A stretch of DNA of 64,000 bases from Lingula anatina (GCA_051362555.1 CM120646.1:15624001-15688000), one strand, 5' to 3'; counted from the first letter of the stretch, positions 12,937 through 26,203 are shown. Notes: generated by a model from the letters alone, not told the origin. A program made the numbers and translations.

Positions 12937-15318
12937 CCCGCAAACCAATGGTAAGCCTACAAGTACTCATATGTCCTTTAGAAACTGAGATTTCACATGC
13001 CAGCAGCGTCTTTCCACTGTTATGATGTTGTTATTTCCCTCTCACTGACTGCGTAAGGACACTAGGACACGCACGTGCTTGTGTTTCCATAAATTCTGTA
13101 CTGATAGAGACGCCATTTGTAGAGACTTTAAAGGCTTGACATGTACACTCATAGCCATAGTCAAGAAAACAAATGTACAGTAGATATGAAATATATTTTA
13201 TAACTATTTTTTTGTGTCACGTTAACATATCTTTTATAATAAATTAATAACACGAAATTTAATATCAGTTAGAAATACTTCATGAACGTGATTAATTCAG
13301 GATTGTTAAAAAACTGACGAAAATGTTAATCGTTTCTGTAAAGATCAATTTTTTTTACGTTTTTTGGACGTTTAAACCCAAGTGCCAACATGTATCATCC
13401 GATTTCACTGGTTTCCAATTTTTTTTTTCAGTGGAGAGCATCTGCAGTGTAAGGTTATCTGAGTTGTTATTTTTTTCTCTAAGCTCCCGATACATTCATA
13501 AATATTCTAAACTGTGATCGACTAATCATGTTGGATGTCAAGAACATAGATTTTTTTTTAAATTAAAGTAGAACACCATGTTGCAAGTGAGAACGGACAG
13601 ACAGGATTTTGAGCGTCTGAAAAGTGATATAACTTTATTCCTTACATGACCAGTCTTTACTTTCTAGAGATTGAAAGAGGGAAAAGTAAAGGGGGGGGTG
13701 GCGGTCTAAAATATCGTTTATGAAAATCAAATGAGACATATTGATGTAGACATTTTTACAATGCAACGCGAATTACACTAATAAACAGGAAAATCAAAAG
13801 ACAAAGAACCATATGGATTAGATAGAGTACGCAAATTAAACTTATGGAAAATTAGTTAAAACACATATGCAGTGTAAAATATGGGGCCCTGCAAGTAAAC
13901 ACCTTGCAAAAAAAAACACCGCAATCTTGGCATTGACCATCAATGTATATCTTATAGTGCCCACTTTCTATAAAATGTGCAAAAGACTGAATATGACCGT
14001 AAACAGCACACACGGGGCGCTAAAACGCCCTTACACATGGTCCTCAAGATATTTGTTTGTGTCCAGTATCAGTGGCCAGCGGCCTCTATGACCTTAGTCA
14101 AATGGGTCAAGAGTACTGGTCAAGAACGTTGGTGTTTTCTATTCACGTGCTCACGCGCTGGCACAGAGTTCGTCATGCTGAAATGGCGCAGTTGTTTACG
14201 TATCGTGTATCAAGTTGTTGACTTTCGACTCAACGGTTGTGTGTGTTCACTGAAATGTTCAAATCTATAAGATGAGATTTTTGACTTTCAACTCATCATT
14301 TGTGCGTGTGCAGCGGTATATCCAAAGTTCTCGGATTTGAGATTTCACACCTTCTGGATAAATAAGTATTTTTAAAAAGAGATAACAACTGTGCGATTTT
14401 GTCCAAAAAAATATCTGTTTTGATATTTATTTTCACTGTAACATATGCATCCACTTGTGTGGATGAAAATGACAATATGAATACAATTTTTGTGAATATG
14501 CTATTGATGAGGAGACATAAAAATGGATTTTCCTGGATTAGACTACTAAGGTTAATGAATCCGTTCAGTTCCATGTTTTATTTTTTCCTAAAAAGTTTTT
14601 TTTTTTTTGTAATAACCTCATTAGAGATTATTAAGAGATCTTTTAAAAGGTTTTTAACCGAGGGTTGACATCTATGGAGGTTACGTGGTCCGATGACAAG
14701 TACAAATTCCACAGTAATTGCGGTAACCGCCCGTTTCGGTTGTAAAACAGAATTAATCATATTTCTATGAGTTGCTTACAAAGTATTTATGCGAAATATG
14801 GGTCTCACACGAAGAGTTGTTATCCCTTTAACTTTTGAAATCCGAGTGCTTGTTTTCTAGTGATGCTGAACCGTGCTATGGAGGTCGAGAGAGCTTACAT
14901 TTATGACATTATTGTAACAGTAACCTTTTGGACAATGAAATCAGACAGGCAAAGAAATAGTAACAAACATCACACTGAAATTAATGTACACATATGCATA
15001 TTTTAATTCAGAAAGGTAGCTCAAGGTGACTCAAAGAAGAATCTGAAATATAATTCATTTCAGCATTTGTCTTTCTTTCTATCCTCGAGAGAGTAAACAA
15101 GTTTAGCCTGCAAGGTCTCTACCGGTGACGTCTCTGTCACAAAACACGTTACGTAAACATAAACACGCGCGTGCTGACGTACCTCCATTCATTTCTTACG
15201 CAGTCAGCGAGAGGGAAATAACTAAATCATGACAATGAAATGAGTTTTAAAGCCGCTGCTGGCATGTGAAATCTCAGTTTCTGAAGGGTAAAAGTACTTG
15301 TACAATTGGTTTGCGGGA
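12937..15318. repeat. Diverged inverted repeat pair, ~215-230-bp arms (12937-13150 / 15091-15318)
   Basis: Blocks shared in inverted orientation: CCCGCAAACCAAT, AGAAACTGAGATTTCACATGCCAGCAGCG, GTTATTTCCCTCTC.CTGACTGCGTAAG and GTAGAGAC. Confidence 0.85.
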
Positions 15319-15411
15319 TCAGAAAAACTGAGGTGTCAACCACTGTTATTTGCAGTCAGAGAACTGGAATAATACAATTTAGACACGTTGGAGATATATG
15401 TATGACCGCAG

Positions 15412-15645
15412 GTAGGATTGGTTTCGTACTTAAGCGAGTGATAAATATTCAATCATTTTAATTAGTTGTGAAGTGACGTAATATACTGAGCGTTTCACAA
15501 ATAATTGTGTGTAAGCTCTTATTGATGCAACGTTTCGCAAGTGTTTTATTAACCGCTTAGATTTTAGTGTTCGAAATATTAACCAAAATTAACGTATACA
15601 AATTTATGGTAGTTGCCAACCCTTTGTTTGTTTATTTGATTGCAG
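15412..15645 (+). other. Probable 5'UTR intron of the desulfurase-like gene
   Basis: Donor CAG|GTAGGA at 15412 and a pyrimidine-rich acceptor TTTGATTGCAG ending at 15645, upstream of the ATG at 15767. Confidence 0.45.
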
Positions 15646-15766
15646 GTTTGAATTTGGTTCTCCTGTATCAGATATGAGAAGAAGAACAGTTTAAGAACAA
15701 AAAAGGATTTGAGAAATATGACATTAAGGGAACAAATTACATACAAGCCGAAAGTGGTCTAAATCA

Positions 15767-18700
15767 ATGGAAACCGTTGAACCGAAAAAAAGCCCACGAC
15801 CCAAGGAAGCAGACGATGGTGAGAAAAATCTCCCCCAATCGTCTGCTCGAAGAGAGAGTGTGTTCGATCCGAGAAAGAAATCAGTAAGTGAGTCATCTTA
15901 AACAAATGTGTTTGTTTTCTTTCTTTTTTTTTGTATATTTTCTAATCCGCAGAGATCACGATATTTACCGTAAATACCTAGCGTAAATTACCCTCTTATC
16001 CATCATATGATGTGTACGTGGTGTTGTTTACCAGTCACTTATCACTTAAATGGCACCTTATAGACAAGCAAACCAAAGCCAAATCTTCTGATAAAGAACA
16101 TGGCGTCGTTGTCATGGATTTAACTTTTCAATTTTTACGCATACTACGTTTTACCTGTGAGGGTTTTCTTTTAACCATTGGGACTTAATCGGGCACTCTG
16201 AAACAGACTTATGGACCACTGTTCACCGAGATTCGATAAAGCTATCTAGAAAACTGAAGCGGATTGAGTCCTTGTCTGTAATGATGTATTTGAAGCTGGC
16301 CTCTTTATACCATAAACTTATTCAATTGATGGTATTGTGTAACTTTTCATATATGTAACAATCTTCTGAATTTGGCTTGAGATTCAGAGTAATGTATATT
16401 TGGTCACGTACAGTAGCGTGCCTCAGGTCGACTCGACCTTGCAGACCGTCTTAATAACATTGATGTAATATATTATAATGCTATACATGTGTACGTTTCA
16501 AGAAGCAGGCGTGTTAATTTAAGTGGCGCTGCGCTTACCTTTATGTTGGCTTAATCAACCCTAAAGTACTAGTTACAATCGTCTATGGCATTTACGTAAC
16601 GAATCCATTTATTTCAAAGATATTTAGAATGAGTACTAAAATCAAAAAATGTCAGTGAAAACTCCACATGTTCATCCATTTTGTTCTTTTTTATTTCATC
16701 CTTGAACCAATTTACCCCTAGGTCCAACAGTGTCCCATGTCCAGTGTATAATTTTAACTTTACATATTGCACAAATACTGTAGTAAATGTAGCTTATTAT
16801 GATAACCCCTATGAAATAATAAGTGACCAGATGCTCATTGTACCGCGTAACATGTTAGCCCGCCTGTAAAACTTAACCCCATTCCCATAGACACCACTGG
16901 TCTACGTGGAAAGACCTAACTCTGCCGGGACTCTCACTGAGTGCAATCTGTAAAAATTGATATGAACTTTCTTAGTATGACGTGTAATAAAAATGCTATA
17001 AAAGCAATAATTATTGTAGTAAACGACTGTGTAACTGTCAGTCCATAGATCCTATACCTTCATAGCATCTTATGGTACCAAACTGCTTTTTTTTGGGGGG
17101 GGGTTAAAAACGACTCTTTTTTGTTTTCTTTGAAACGTGTAAGTGTTTCCCTCTTATTTGGAATTCCAGCATTCCGTGAAGAAATTCGAGAGACTGGTGG
17201 AATACGTACGAGAACATGTGATAGGACAAGACGCCGTGTTCGGGGGACCCTTTGGCCCAAGGCCAGGTACGTCACCCGCTAAGGTTGTTTCCAATTTTTA
17301 GTCTGTCAAAAACTTGTTTTGGAAGAAATCTAGAAAATATAATCAAGTATTAAAATGTGTATTTTTACACTGATTCCATTTTGTCGCTATACACCCCCCC
17401 CCCCCCAAAAAAAAAAGCTCTGAAACATCGTTATTTCAAATAATTATAAGATAACGATGTGAGCTACGGTAAATATTTAAACCAAATATTGATAGATAAT
17501 ACACACAGCATTCGTTACTTTTTTAAATACGCAAAAGATTTTCCACTACATTACATAGTTTTTTTTTTAATTATTGAAAAACAGGTTCATGTTTCCGAAC
17601 TTTTTTGGTCGAGTGTAGATGCCCTTATGCTGCTTTGCTCTGCAAAAACATCAAATTAGCCTGATGTTGATCCGCCGTTATTGTTATGTCAGCCGAACAC
17701 CTTTTATTTTTAAAGTACATGTAGTGGAGATTTTATAGATTTAAACCCATCTCCGCACGTGTTCGATGGAGTGTTAAGGATCAGGCGTTGTCATGGAATA
17801 CACGGAAAAAGTTTTCACATCTTTTCAATATGTGTGTTTTTTCTTTCAGTGATTTCCTGTGAATTTACCTCATCTGGAAGGTAAGTGTATGAGAGTCGCG
17901 TTCCAGTCATCTTTGTTCCCTTTCTATTGACCTTTACTTTTTAAATGTCAAGAACGTTTTTGGTGTCTAAAGCTGCATTTTAACGTTTGTAAACTGATTT
18001 TTTTCACGTTTATCCACGAGGCTTTTTATCTCGTACCCAAAGCTTTCATTCGCCACTTCCCTTTATTAGAAGGAATGGGTTTATAATTTAATTATAGGAT
18101 GTTTGACTGACCGTTTATGACCATCTGCAAATGTTTTTATATCTTATGTCAGACCCCTGCAGTTTATAGAGGATTATATGAGATGTCACGTGTATCCGAC
18201 TTATGGGCATGCGCAAGCTACAACGTGCATAACGTCACTTCAGTTGGCGGCATTTAGAGAGAGCGCAAGGTAGGTCGAAATCAATAAAAAAGGCAACTCT
18301 TTAACTCTTTTAAGGATGAAGAGAGACAAAACTTTCAAATTTTATTTGTCCACTTTCTAAGGTTTTATTTATTCAAAAACACCACTGGGCTGTATGTTAT
18401 TTGAACTGGTCTCACTTGCGTCAACTAGAAGGCGTCTTGTTAACGTTTGTTACTTTTATCTGCATAAGTGTATCCAATGTTATATTCTCAGAGAGATAAT
18501 ATGTTCTATTACACCTGATTACGATAATATGTAAAGCAATGCTTGCGCAATTATTATATCGTTATTATAAAATGATTAGCTGTTTTTTTCTTTGTCGCTT
18601 TTGAATGCTTTTATATTGCATAATTTACAAGGGACACAACCAAGAAGTGTTTTAATTGTTCGGAAGATGACGTGGTTTATTTCGTCGGTGGAGGCGCCAC

Positions 18701-21700
18701 TGGAGCCCTGCACAAGCTGACCCACATTCTGAAGCTCAAACCCAAACTTCAAACTGACAACAACATGGTTTGCAGATCTTTAACGCTTCTCAAAAATAAA
18801 TAAATAAGTAAACAAATAAATGAAATTAAATAAAATAAAAAAACGTGAAATCTTCTGTTGTTATATAAGTATCTTCCATAAAGTATAAGTATATTCCGTA
18901 AAATTAGAAATGACAGGCAATCGTAAACACCATTATTTTCTTCATTTCTAATCTTATGCTATCAGTTGTTTATCATGGTGATAAAAAAGATGGATGCTAT
19001 ATTTGACTTCACCTTCATATAGGTCGTGCTACTTAGTCCTTTTGAGCACAGTATGAACATACAAACATGGCAGGAGAGCGGGATGAAGGTAGAGAGAGTT
19101 CGCCAAAACGAGGACGGTTGCCTGGATACCGATCATCTCATAGAAATGCTTAAGGTTTGAACGCGAACGCACTTCCAATTCTTGGTCTTTAGTTTGATTA
19201 AACGAACTTTGATAAATGTTTAGTTAAGGACAACAACAAAAACCGATTGGGGATTAACACAAAGTGCACAGTTAGGGAACTGCCTCTCTGTGCGAATCTC
19301 TTTAGTTTTATATCATTTGTCAAGGTCCATTGCATGCAATCTAGAACTTTTGAAGCAATATTTCAGTTTTTGTTAGCCTGTGAGCTAAGGTACAAACATA
19401 TTTTATGGTATCATTTATAATGCCCAAGTTTCTTTTATTTCAGACGTATAAAAAGAAAAAATATCACACTGTAGCCTCGTTTACTGCAGTAAGTCACGTG
19501 ACCGGAGTTGCGGTAGATGTTGCGAAAATTTCACGAATACTACACGAACACGGAGCATTGTCTGTGTGGGACTGTACAGCGGCAAGTAAGTGTCTCATAG
19601 CTTATTTGCACAATTAGAAGAACGACTCTTTCATTGATAACATATCAATTAATATATCAATTACCGCTTTTTAGAACATGTAAAATTGCCCATGGCAATA
19701 TGGGTCCATAGATATGATTTGGTTTAATGCATGCACAAGTAATGTTGTCATATATTTATTTTTAGTACCCAACAAAGGGATTGATATGAATGCCATAGAC
19801 AGTGGGTAAGTAAGGAATATTTTATATGCTGACGTGAGTAAAATCCATAAATGGAAAAATTAGAAATCATATTAATTTTCTAACGATTGCATAGTAGCGC
19901 AACAACCCAGTAGCCGTTTTATATTGGAATAAATTAGAAACTCTGCGAAACAATAGCATGAGCTAAAGACTAATGAATAATTAAGTCTACAGACTAATGG
20001 CTTCAAATTCCAAGGCACAAACGTTCATAAGAAAAAAACAAATAATTAACCAAATAAAGTGGTCAGAACCTCACCACTATAGTGCGTTGCCTATGCATCC
20101 AGGTTCCTCGACGCTGCCTTCTGTTCTTCTGACATACTCCTAGGGGGCGGTACAGGCGCTTCAGGTAAGTTGTACAGGCTCGAGAACTCTATAGCACGAT
20201 GTCAGTTTCAATATTAGGTGCTTTCTTAATGAATACATCTTCTTACAATGTTGAATAAACCTTGTACTATTTTATTACAGTTTTATTTCTTAAAAAGATA
20301 GGAGTGATTTAAAAGTTGAAAGTAGAATCATGTCTAACTTCCATTCAGCCTTCTTTCGGTTTGTTATGGAGAATCCAATCCCATGGCTGACTTATTCTTT
20401 CACAGGTATATTGATCATTAAACGAAAATTTGTAACAAACTCCGACCCTGGAAACTGTGGCGGAGGATCTGAGAACTACCGTGTAGATGACGACAAAGGT
20501 GAACTGGGGATGTCCACCATTATGGAGTCCATAAGGACGGGCTTAGTGCTCCAATTAAAAGAGGTAGTTTTTTTTCTCTTTCCACTTTGTCGAACCTGAA
20601 TGTCGTTTGTATGTCCCCGCAGGGAGAGAGGATAAGGGAATAAGCACTAAGATAAATGTCATTTTGACCCTTCATATGAATGTGTTCATACTTTTTCCTA
20701 TCAAATTGCGCTTCTTAAACATATACCTTGTGTTGTCCTAATAAAAGATAAAAGATAAACTCAGCTTGATCTACTCCAATGGTAAATCTTTCTTTTCAAA
20801 GGCTATAGGAACAGAAATGATAGAATCAAAAAATAAAGAAATTTGTCAACGAGCCATGGATAGATGGCGCCACAATCCCTACCTGCTCCAATTGGGTCCA
20901 AGGTCTCAAAAAACGATACCGATGTTTTCCTTCTTGGTAATTCATCCTGAGAGCAAAACCTTCCTGCATCATAACTTTGTTGCCATATTGCTTAATGATC
21001 TGTACGGCATACAAGCATATGGCGGCTGTGGGAACGCTGGGCCTTATATGGAGGTAAGTAGATCATGACGTCATTGTCAATTGTGTCGTCATTATTTTTT
21101 TCTGTTGAAGAATATATTGTTTATATAAATTAATTTAACCAAGTGATAAGAGGTTCAATAAAATCCGAAAAGTTCTTTTCACGCTTTTCCCGTTGGTTTT
21201 AGGACCTGCTAGAAATCGACGACGAATTATCAAGAAAATTGAATAAAAAATTGACCGAAGAGAAAATACGGTAAGCAAGCAACATCGGACTTACGGCCGA
21301 TATGTTAATACGTCTACTGTCTACTACCTTGTTTTTGCTTTTTTAAAAATCTCATTTATTATGTTATATGTTTACTGTCTACTACCGTGTTTTTGCTTTA
21401 TATATATATTTATTTCTTCAGTGCAGAAATATCAAAGTCCGACTAAGTGTACAGTCCTCATATATTTATTCATTTTATTTTATTTGTCATTCCTAATGCT
21501 ATATTTTGTTCAAATGTTCATTTTTGGAGTAATTGTAGAAATATTTATATACCACTTGTTATATTGAAGTAAGTGGTTTTAGGTTTTACAGATATTTATT
21601 TGATAATAAAAGAAAATCACAAATTGTTATTGTATGAATGTCAGTTATGCTTTCTTTATCCAAACTGAAGTGATCTTTTATCACATCTCTTTGAAAGAAA

Positions 21701-24009
21701 CCTTGTTTTTAGTCGGCTTTGGCATTCTGACACTTTGAGAGAGATTGTTGTCATTATCCCTTTAACATGGTTTGTTTAATTTCTACAGAACGGGATGTAC
21801 GAGTGTATATATTTCCTACGTATTGCCAAATCATACCGTGGACTTTGTGCTAGGAGCAGTGGATCAAGTTGCCAAGCACGGGTGGAAGTTACTCCCTCTG
21901 GTAAGTGATGACAGTGAGTTGGCAGTGGAAAGATTCATTCAGTTTCATTATATGAACAATAAGGTGTGCATGTGCTACTGCTGTCTTTTTGATCTACAAT
22001 TATATCAAAACTCGCTGGTGGCAGTTAAATAGACTCCACATCGTTGAATTTCGTTGATATAAATTGTATTATTTCCACGGGTTTACGCCAGACAAGTTCC
22101 GTGCCATTTATTTAAAGATTTCATCATTTCAGTCCATGTTAAAGTTACGTTATATTATCCACATGTACAAGTATTAACAAAATCGCCCGCTTTTATTCAG
22201 TACGAGTACAACGCTTGCCTAGGGGTGTGGAAACACCGCCACTTTCAGTTCAGCTTAGACTCCCTGAAGGACATACGTTATAAATTGGGAGGCATGAAAG
22301 TAAACAACAACTCCATCTCGCAGCATTTCCGAGCTGGCAAAGAGACACTCAGGGTAAGTCTAGCACAGGTTTATTTGCCCATTTTAATCATTTTTCGTGT
22401 ATGTGGTATTGTTTGACCATGCGCGCTATTGAAAACGAAACGACTATTAAAAACTGCTGTAGCTTGCTAAGCTCTATTCCCACGAAACGTACAGCTTGCA
22501 TTTTAGTGTATAAATTACTGTTTTCTACATGTTTGCATTCCTCTTCTTTTTTAGTAGTCAATCACTAACAACAATTTGATTATAATCATTATAGGGAAGA
22601 AACTCGATTCTAATATTTCAGGAGATTTTGGCCGAGACTTCAAGCATTTTTGAGGAGGCGTATCTTATTTGTAAGGTAATAAAAAAACTTGAATATCTGA
22701 GCTTGCATGTGAACGAGCTTTCTTTACAACAAATTTCACTTATAATATTGAAATGCATAACATCATGACGTATCAACGCTGTATGATTCCAACATGTAGG
22801 GCCTATAACTTAATTTATAAACAAGTGGATCCTTTTAGTACATGTATACAATTGTACTCTGGATCCCTTTAAAAGATTAAATAAATTAAATGTATTACGT
22901 TTTAAATATACTAAACATAATAAGGCTTCGATCTTCACATTATGTATCTAGAGGAATAATTGCATTGCATCTCCCTTTTTCGTTCTGAACAGAACAGTGA
23001 TGCAGAAGGTGACCCAAAGTTGGATATTGAAGAGGAGCAGCGTGACCTGATTTGGTTCCTACAGCCATCGCAGGCACTGCGCATGCTCAAATCAAAGACT
23101 CCGCGCCAACCAATCAAATTGGAGGAACTTGTGGACTTTGTTTTCTTTCCAAGAACTTTTGTTTCGGATGAAGAAGAGAATGGTAAATATAACACATATT
23201 TAAGAGGAAAAAAAGGTCATAATCATTGTTAATTTGAATCCGAATCAAAACTGAATAATTGGAAATATCTACATAGCAGTTGCGGCAAAGCATTTTTAGT
23301 TACATTTGGCTTGGGGGTGTTGGTTTTACCAATCATAAATGGTATTTCCCATATTCAATACAAGCTCTGGTTTATTTGAGTCATTTTGGAAAAATGAATA
23401 TCAGCACAATTCTGATCTGTTTCAAACACTTAAACGAAACAGAGTAAAGAGCTTCGTTGTTCTGCACATTTCGATCAAATGTACGTCTAAATCTTAATTT
23501 AAATTTAAATGCACGTCTAGATTTATTGGATTTAGTTCAAATATCTGTTACCATTACCCAATATTTCAGCCATCAGAGCAAGCTTCGTTACAAGTCCAGG
23601 AAACGACAGCGGTAATGCTGGCACGGACTCCGACACCACCTCAGACTCTCTGACGGACGAGGAAGAGGAGGACGAGGAACGCCCTAGGTCTAATTACAAA
23701 CCAGTAATGACGAGTTTTCTGGAGAGTAGATTGCGCCAAAACTCTGCGCGCGCACCCGACAGTCCCGTAGAAACTCGTGACGTCGCGCCACCAGACGATA
23801 CTCAGGAGTCGAAAAACTCGAAAACTAAAAAACCTGTGATCAAACCAAAGAACTACAAAAAACACGTGCAGAGGATGCTCAGTTATGGCTACCTGACGCG
23901 ATACAATGTAAGGAAGGAATATAATAGCAGTCCTGAAGTCATGAACAGTTTTACCAGATTACCACCGATTAATAAGCAAGATAAACGAACTAATATTTCC
24001 AAATCATGA
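15767..24009 (+). CDS. Aminotransferase class-V / cysteine desulfurase-like (SufS/CsdA-related) protein, ~766 aa, 17 coding exons, catalytic residues degenerate
   Basis: Exons 15767-15883, 17170-17266, 17850-17880, 18153-18269, 18632-18767, 19023-19154, 19444-19585, 19766-19805, 20103-20164, 20406-20563, 20802-21053, 21203-21270, 21789-21900, 22201-22353, 22622-22675, 22993-23182, 23570-24009. All introns are GT-AG, phases are consistent, total 2301 nt with no internal stop. Translation contains VIGQDAVFGGPFGPRPVISCEFTSSGRPLQFIEDY, FVGGGATGALHKL, SPFEHSMN, HGALSVWD, ESIRTGLVLQLKE, FLHHNFVAILLNDLYGIQAYGGCGNAGPY and HGWKLLPLY, matching the recalled family pattern GPFG-x-R...YCDYTASGR...LHHNFV-x-x-LLNDLFGIQARGGCACAGPY. 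The first coding exon is the least certain. Confidence 0.88.
16873..17080. mobile_element. Diverged relative of the same MITE family
   Basis: Begins TTAACCCCATTCCCATAGA and retains GACCTAACTC, CTCTCACT and TAATAAAAATGCTATAA, all similar to copies 1 and 2. The 3' boundary is uncertain. Confidence 0.4.
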
Positions 24010-24028
24010 CATATTAACTTAAATCAGT

Positions 24029-24150
24029 GGCCCATTTCACGAATTTATATGTATATGTTTTCCGTTTGGGTATCGCTGGCTGAATTTGACTGCTTGATAA
24101 ATTAAAATTTTGCGAAAATCCGTAATGGCAAAGTTTTCGAGAAACGAGCC
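24029..24150. mobile_element. Short MITE with Harbinger-like TIRs in the 3'UTR of the desulfurase-like gene
   Basis: GGCCCATTTCACGAA ... TTCGAGAAACGAGCC, a 12/15 inverted match. Confidence 0.5.
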
Positions 24151-24821
24151 AAAGTGACATGATTCTAAAATCATTTAATTTAGAAAACGAAGATACAATT
24201 CACAGAATCGGAATTATACGTTCTGACCCTGCAAGGACTAACTGTCCACAGTGAACATATTTTGACCATCCAGATCAATGACCTGGTCTTAAAAAAAAAC
24301 TATCCCCGTGTCAACCAGAATGTGACTGGTTCTTCAGACTGAGTTGTATTCAGCCTTTTGGAGTGCTCCAAGCTCAGATCGCTACGAAGTAGCTTCCGCA
24401 TATTTTTGATTAAGAAAGAGAGCTTTATGCTCCATGTCTTTGACGGAAAAAATTACTGTTATTGTCTTCATTGTCTTTTTTCCACACAAAACGGTGTATA
24501 TTATTTTATAAAACGTGTAGGCTACCTAATAAACTCATTTGCAATAAACATCGTGTAGTACTTTGGCTTTAAAAGTAGTATTCGTCGTCCCTAATAAAAC
24601 ACATAAAGGCTGTGCATTTATTTCTCTTTTCTTCACATCTTTATTTATGACAATATTATATGATAGCATACCAAAACAATTGTTAGTCTCTTTCTGTTGC
24701 TAAGGAAGTACTTGGATTGAAAACAATGCCAGCTACCGTTGAAAAAGTGTGCATGCACGACCTCCAAATACTTCAAAGAAACAAAACAACGCATCGCCAC
24801 TTTTTAATAAAAATACGAACG

Positions 24822-26203
24822 CTAAGGACCAAAGGAAAACACAATTACTTCTCCCTTGTAATACAGCGGCACAAAAACTTCAACAAAACCGTCCCCGTCG
24901 ACATCCTCTATGGCTATTTCTCCTACTGTTTCCTTCCCGCCATCAAAGAAAACCTCTTTCGAATACTTCCAGTTGCTTGGGTCGGCACTCTGTGGTATAA
25001 GAAGATAGGCCCTCCCATCGTCATCTCCGCAGACTAGGATATGTGGCTTCCCTGTGGCGTTTCTGAAACGGGATAAATTAAACTATTTTATGTCTTTATA
25101 TTTTATGCATCTACAGCGTTCACGGTTGCAGTCGACTGCTTTGTTTCCGAAAAAATTCTTGTCACCAGCGTGCAACGAAAAAGCTCTTCGATGCACTCTT
25201 AATACCAAAGATAAGTTTATCGCTATTCAGCGGTCATTTTCAGCGCGATGGTTTTAGAAAATGTCTGCCATGTAATCTTTTCATGCTGTATGCAGTATAC
25301 ATATGACCGTAGGCGTGCACAATGGCATATCATTATCAGCAACAATGACAAAAGCACTATGTACACGCATGCCAAGATATTTTTACGATGCCTTGGCACG
25401 CTTGGTACCTTTTTAAAGTGAATTCTGTCATCAAAAAATGCTAATTTTCACAAGAGTGTCTACATATCAAATGACGATTAACATTGTGCTTCAAAAACGG
25501 TGCTCACTTCAGTGAGGGGTAGAACGGCTTCGCTGCACCTGGTGAACCCTTCCCCTGGCCGGACTGCCTGGGGGTGAACCCGTCTGCTAACACGTGCTTT
25601 ACAAAAGTAGTGTTTCTGGAACATAATCATACCAATAACATTAAAACAATATGTCAAAATAATAACACGAGATATCTATTTTTGCAAGAAAAGGGTAATG
25701 CCAAACTATTGATAAAATGGACCCAAAATGGTAGGCTAAGAAGGAACGCCAATTAAAATAAATGAGCTCACTCTAACGGCAAATTGTAATCAAGCTGATA
25801 GGCAAAAACTGCGCCATTTTGGGCTTGGTTACTGGTCACCAGCAGGTCTGGCTTCTGGTCAGCATTGAGGTCCACTACTCTTGCGTCAAAAGCTGGCCCA
25901 ACCTTGTCGTCGATTATCACGCTTCGAATCTGCGTATCAGAATGGAAAACATTTGCAATGCTGTAACAACTTTCCCATTTCAAATTTGTCTTGTATTTTC
26001 TACCTTATCCTCTTTAATTGGAGATAAGAATTCGATTTAAAAGTGTCATTCTAAAAATCATGGCGTGGGCCTGCATGTCTGTACTTTGTAGGAGCCATAT
26101 AAGGCCTTGGGTGCGTTCTTCATGGTATACCCACAAATAAAGTTAGCCATTAATCTACCCAAGTTTGACACGTGCACAAAATGCACGCTTGCTCGTGTGT
26201 GTT

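Noticed and set aside
880-14760. Short ORFs in the first 15 kb, the Bsx intron and 54.8-62.3 kb
   Set aside because: No recognisable domains or consistent splice structure; expected by chance.
21313-21400. Short local direct repeats (also at 54227-54262 and 59558-59599)
   Set aside because: Ordinary slippage-type duplications with no further structure.
21422-21446. Possible extra exon in the desulfurase-like gene after TTCTTCAG
   Set aside because: It gives an in-frame TAA, and exon 12 joins exon 13 in frame without it.
15767-24009. Calling the desulfurase-like gene a pseudogene, or a selenoprotein
   Set aside because: No frameshift, premature stop or in-frame TGA across 17 exons, and all splice sites are canonical.
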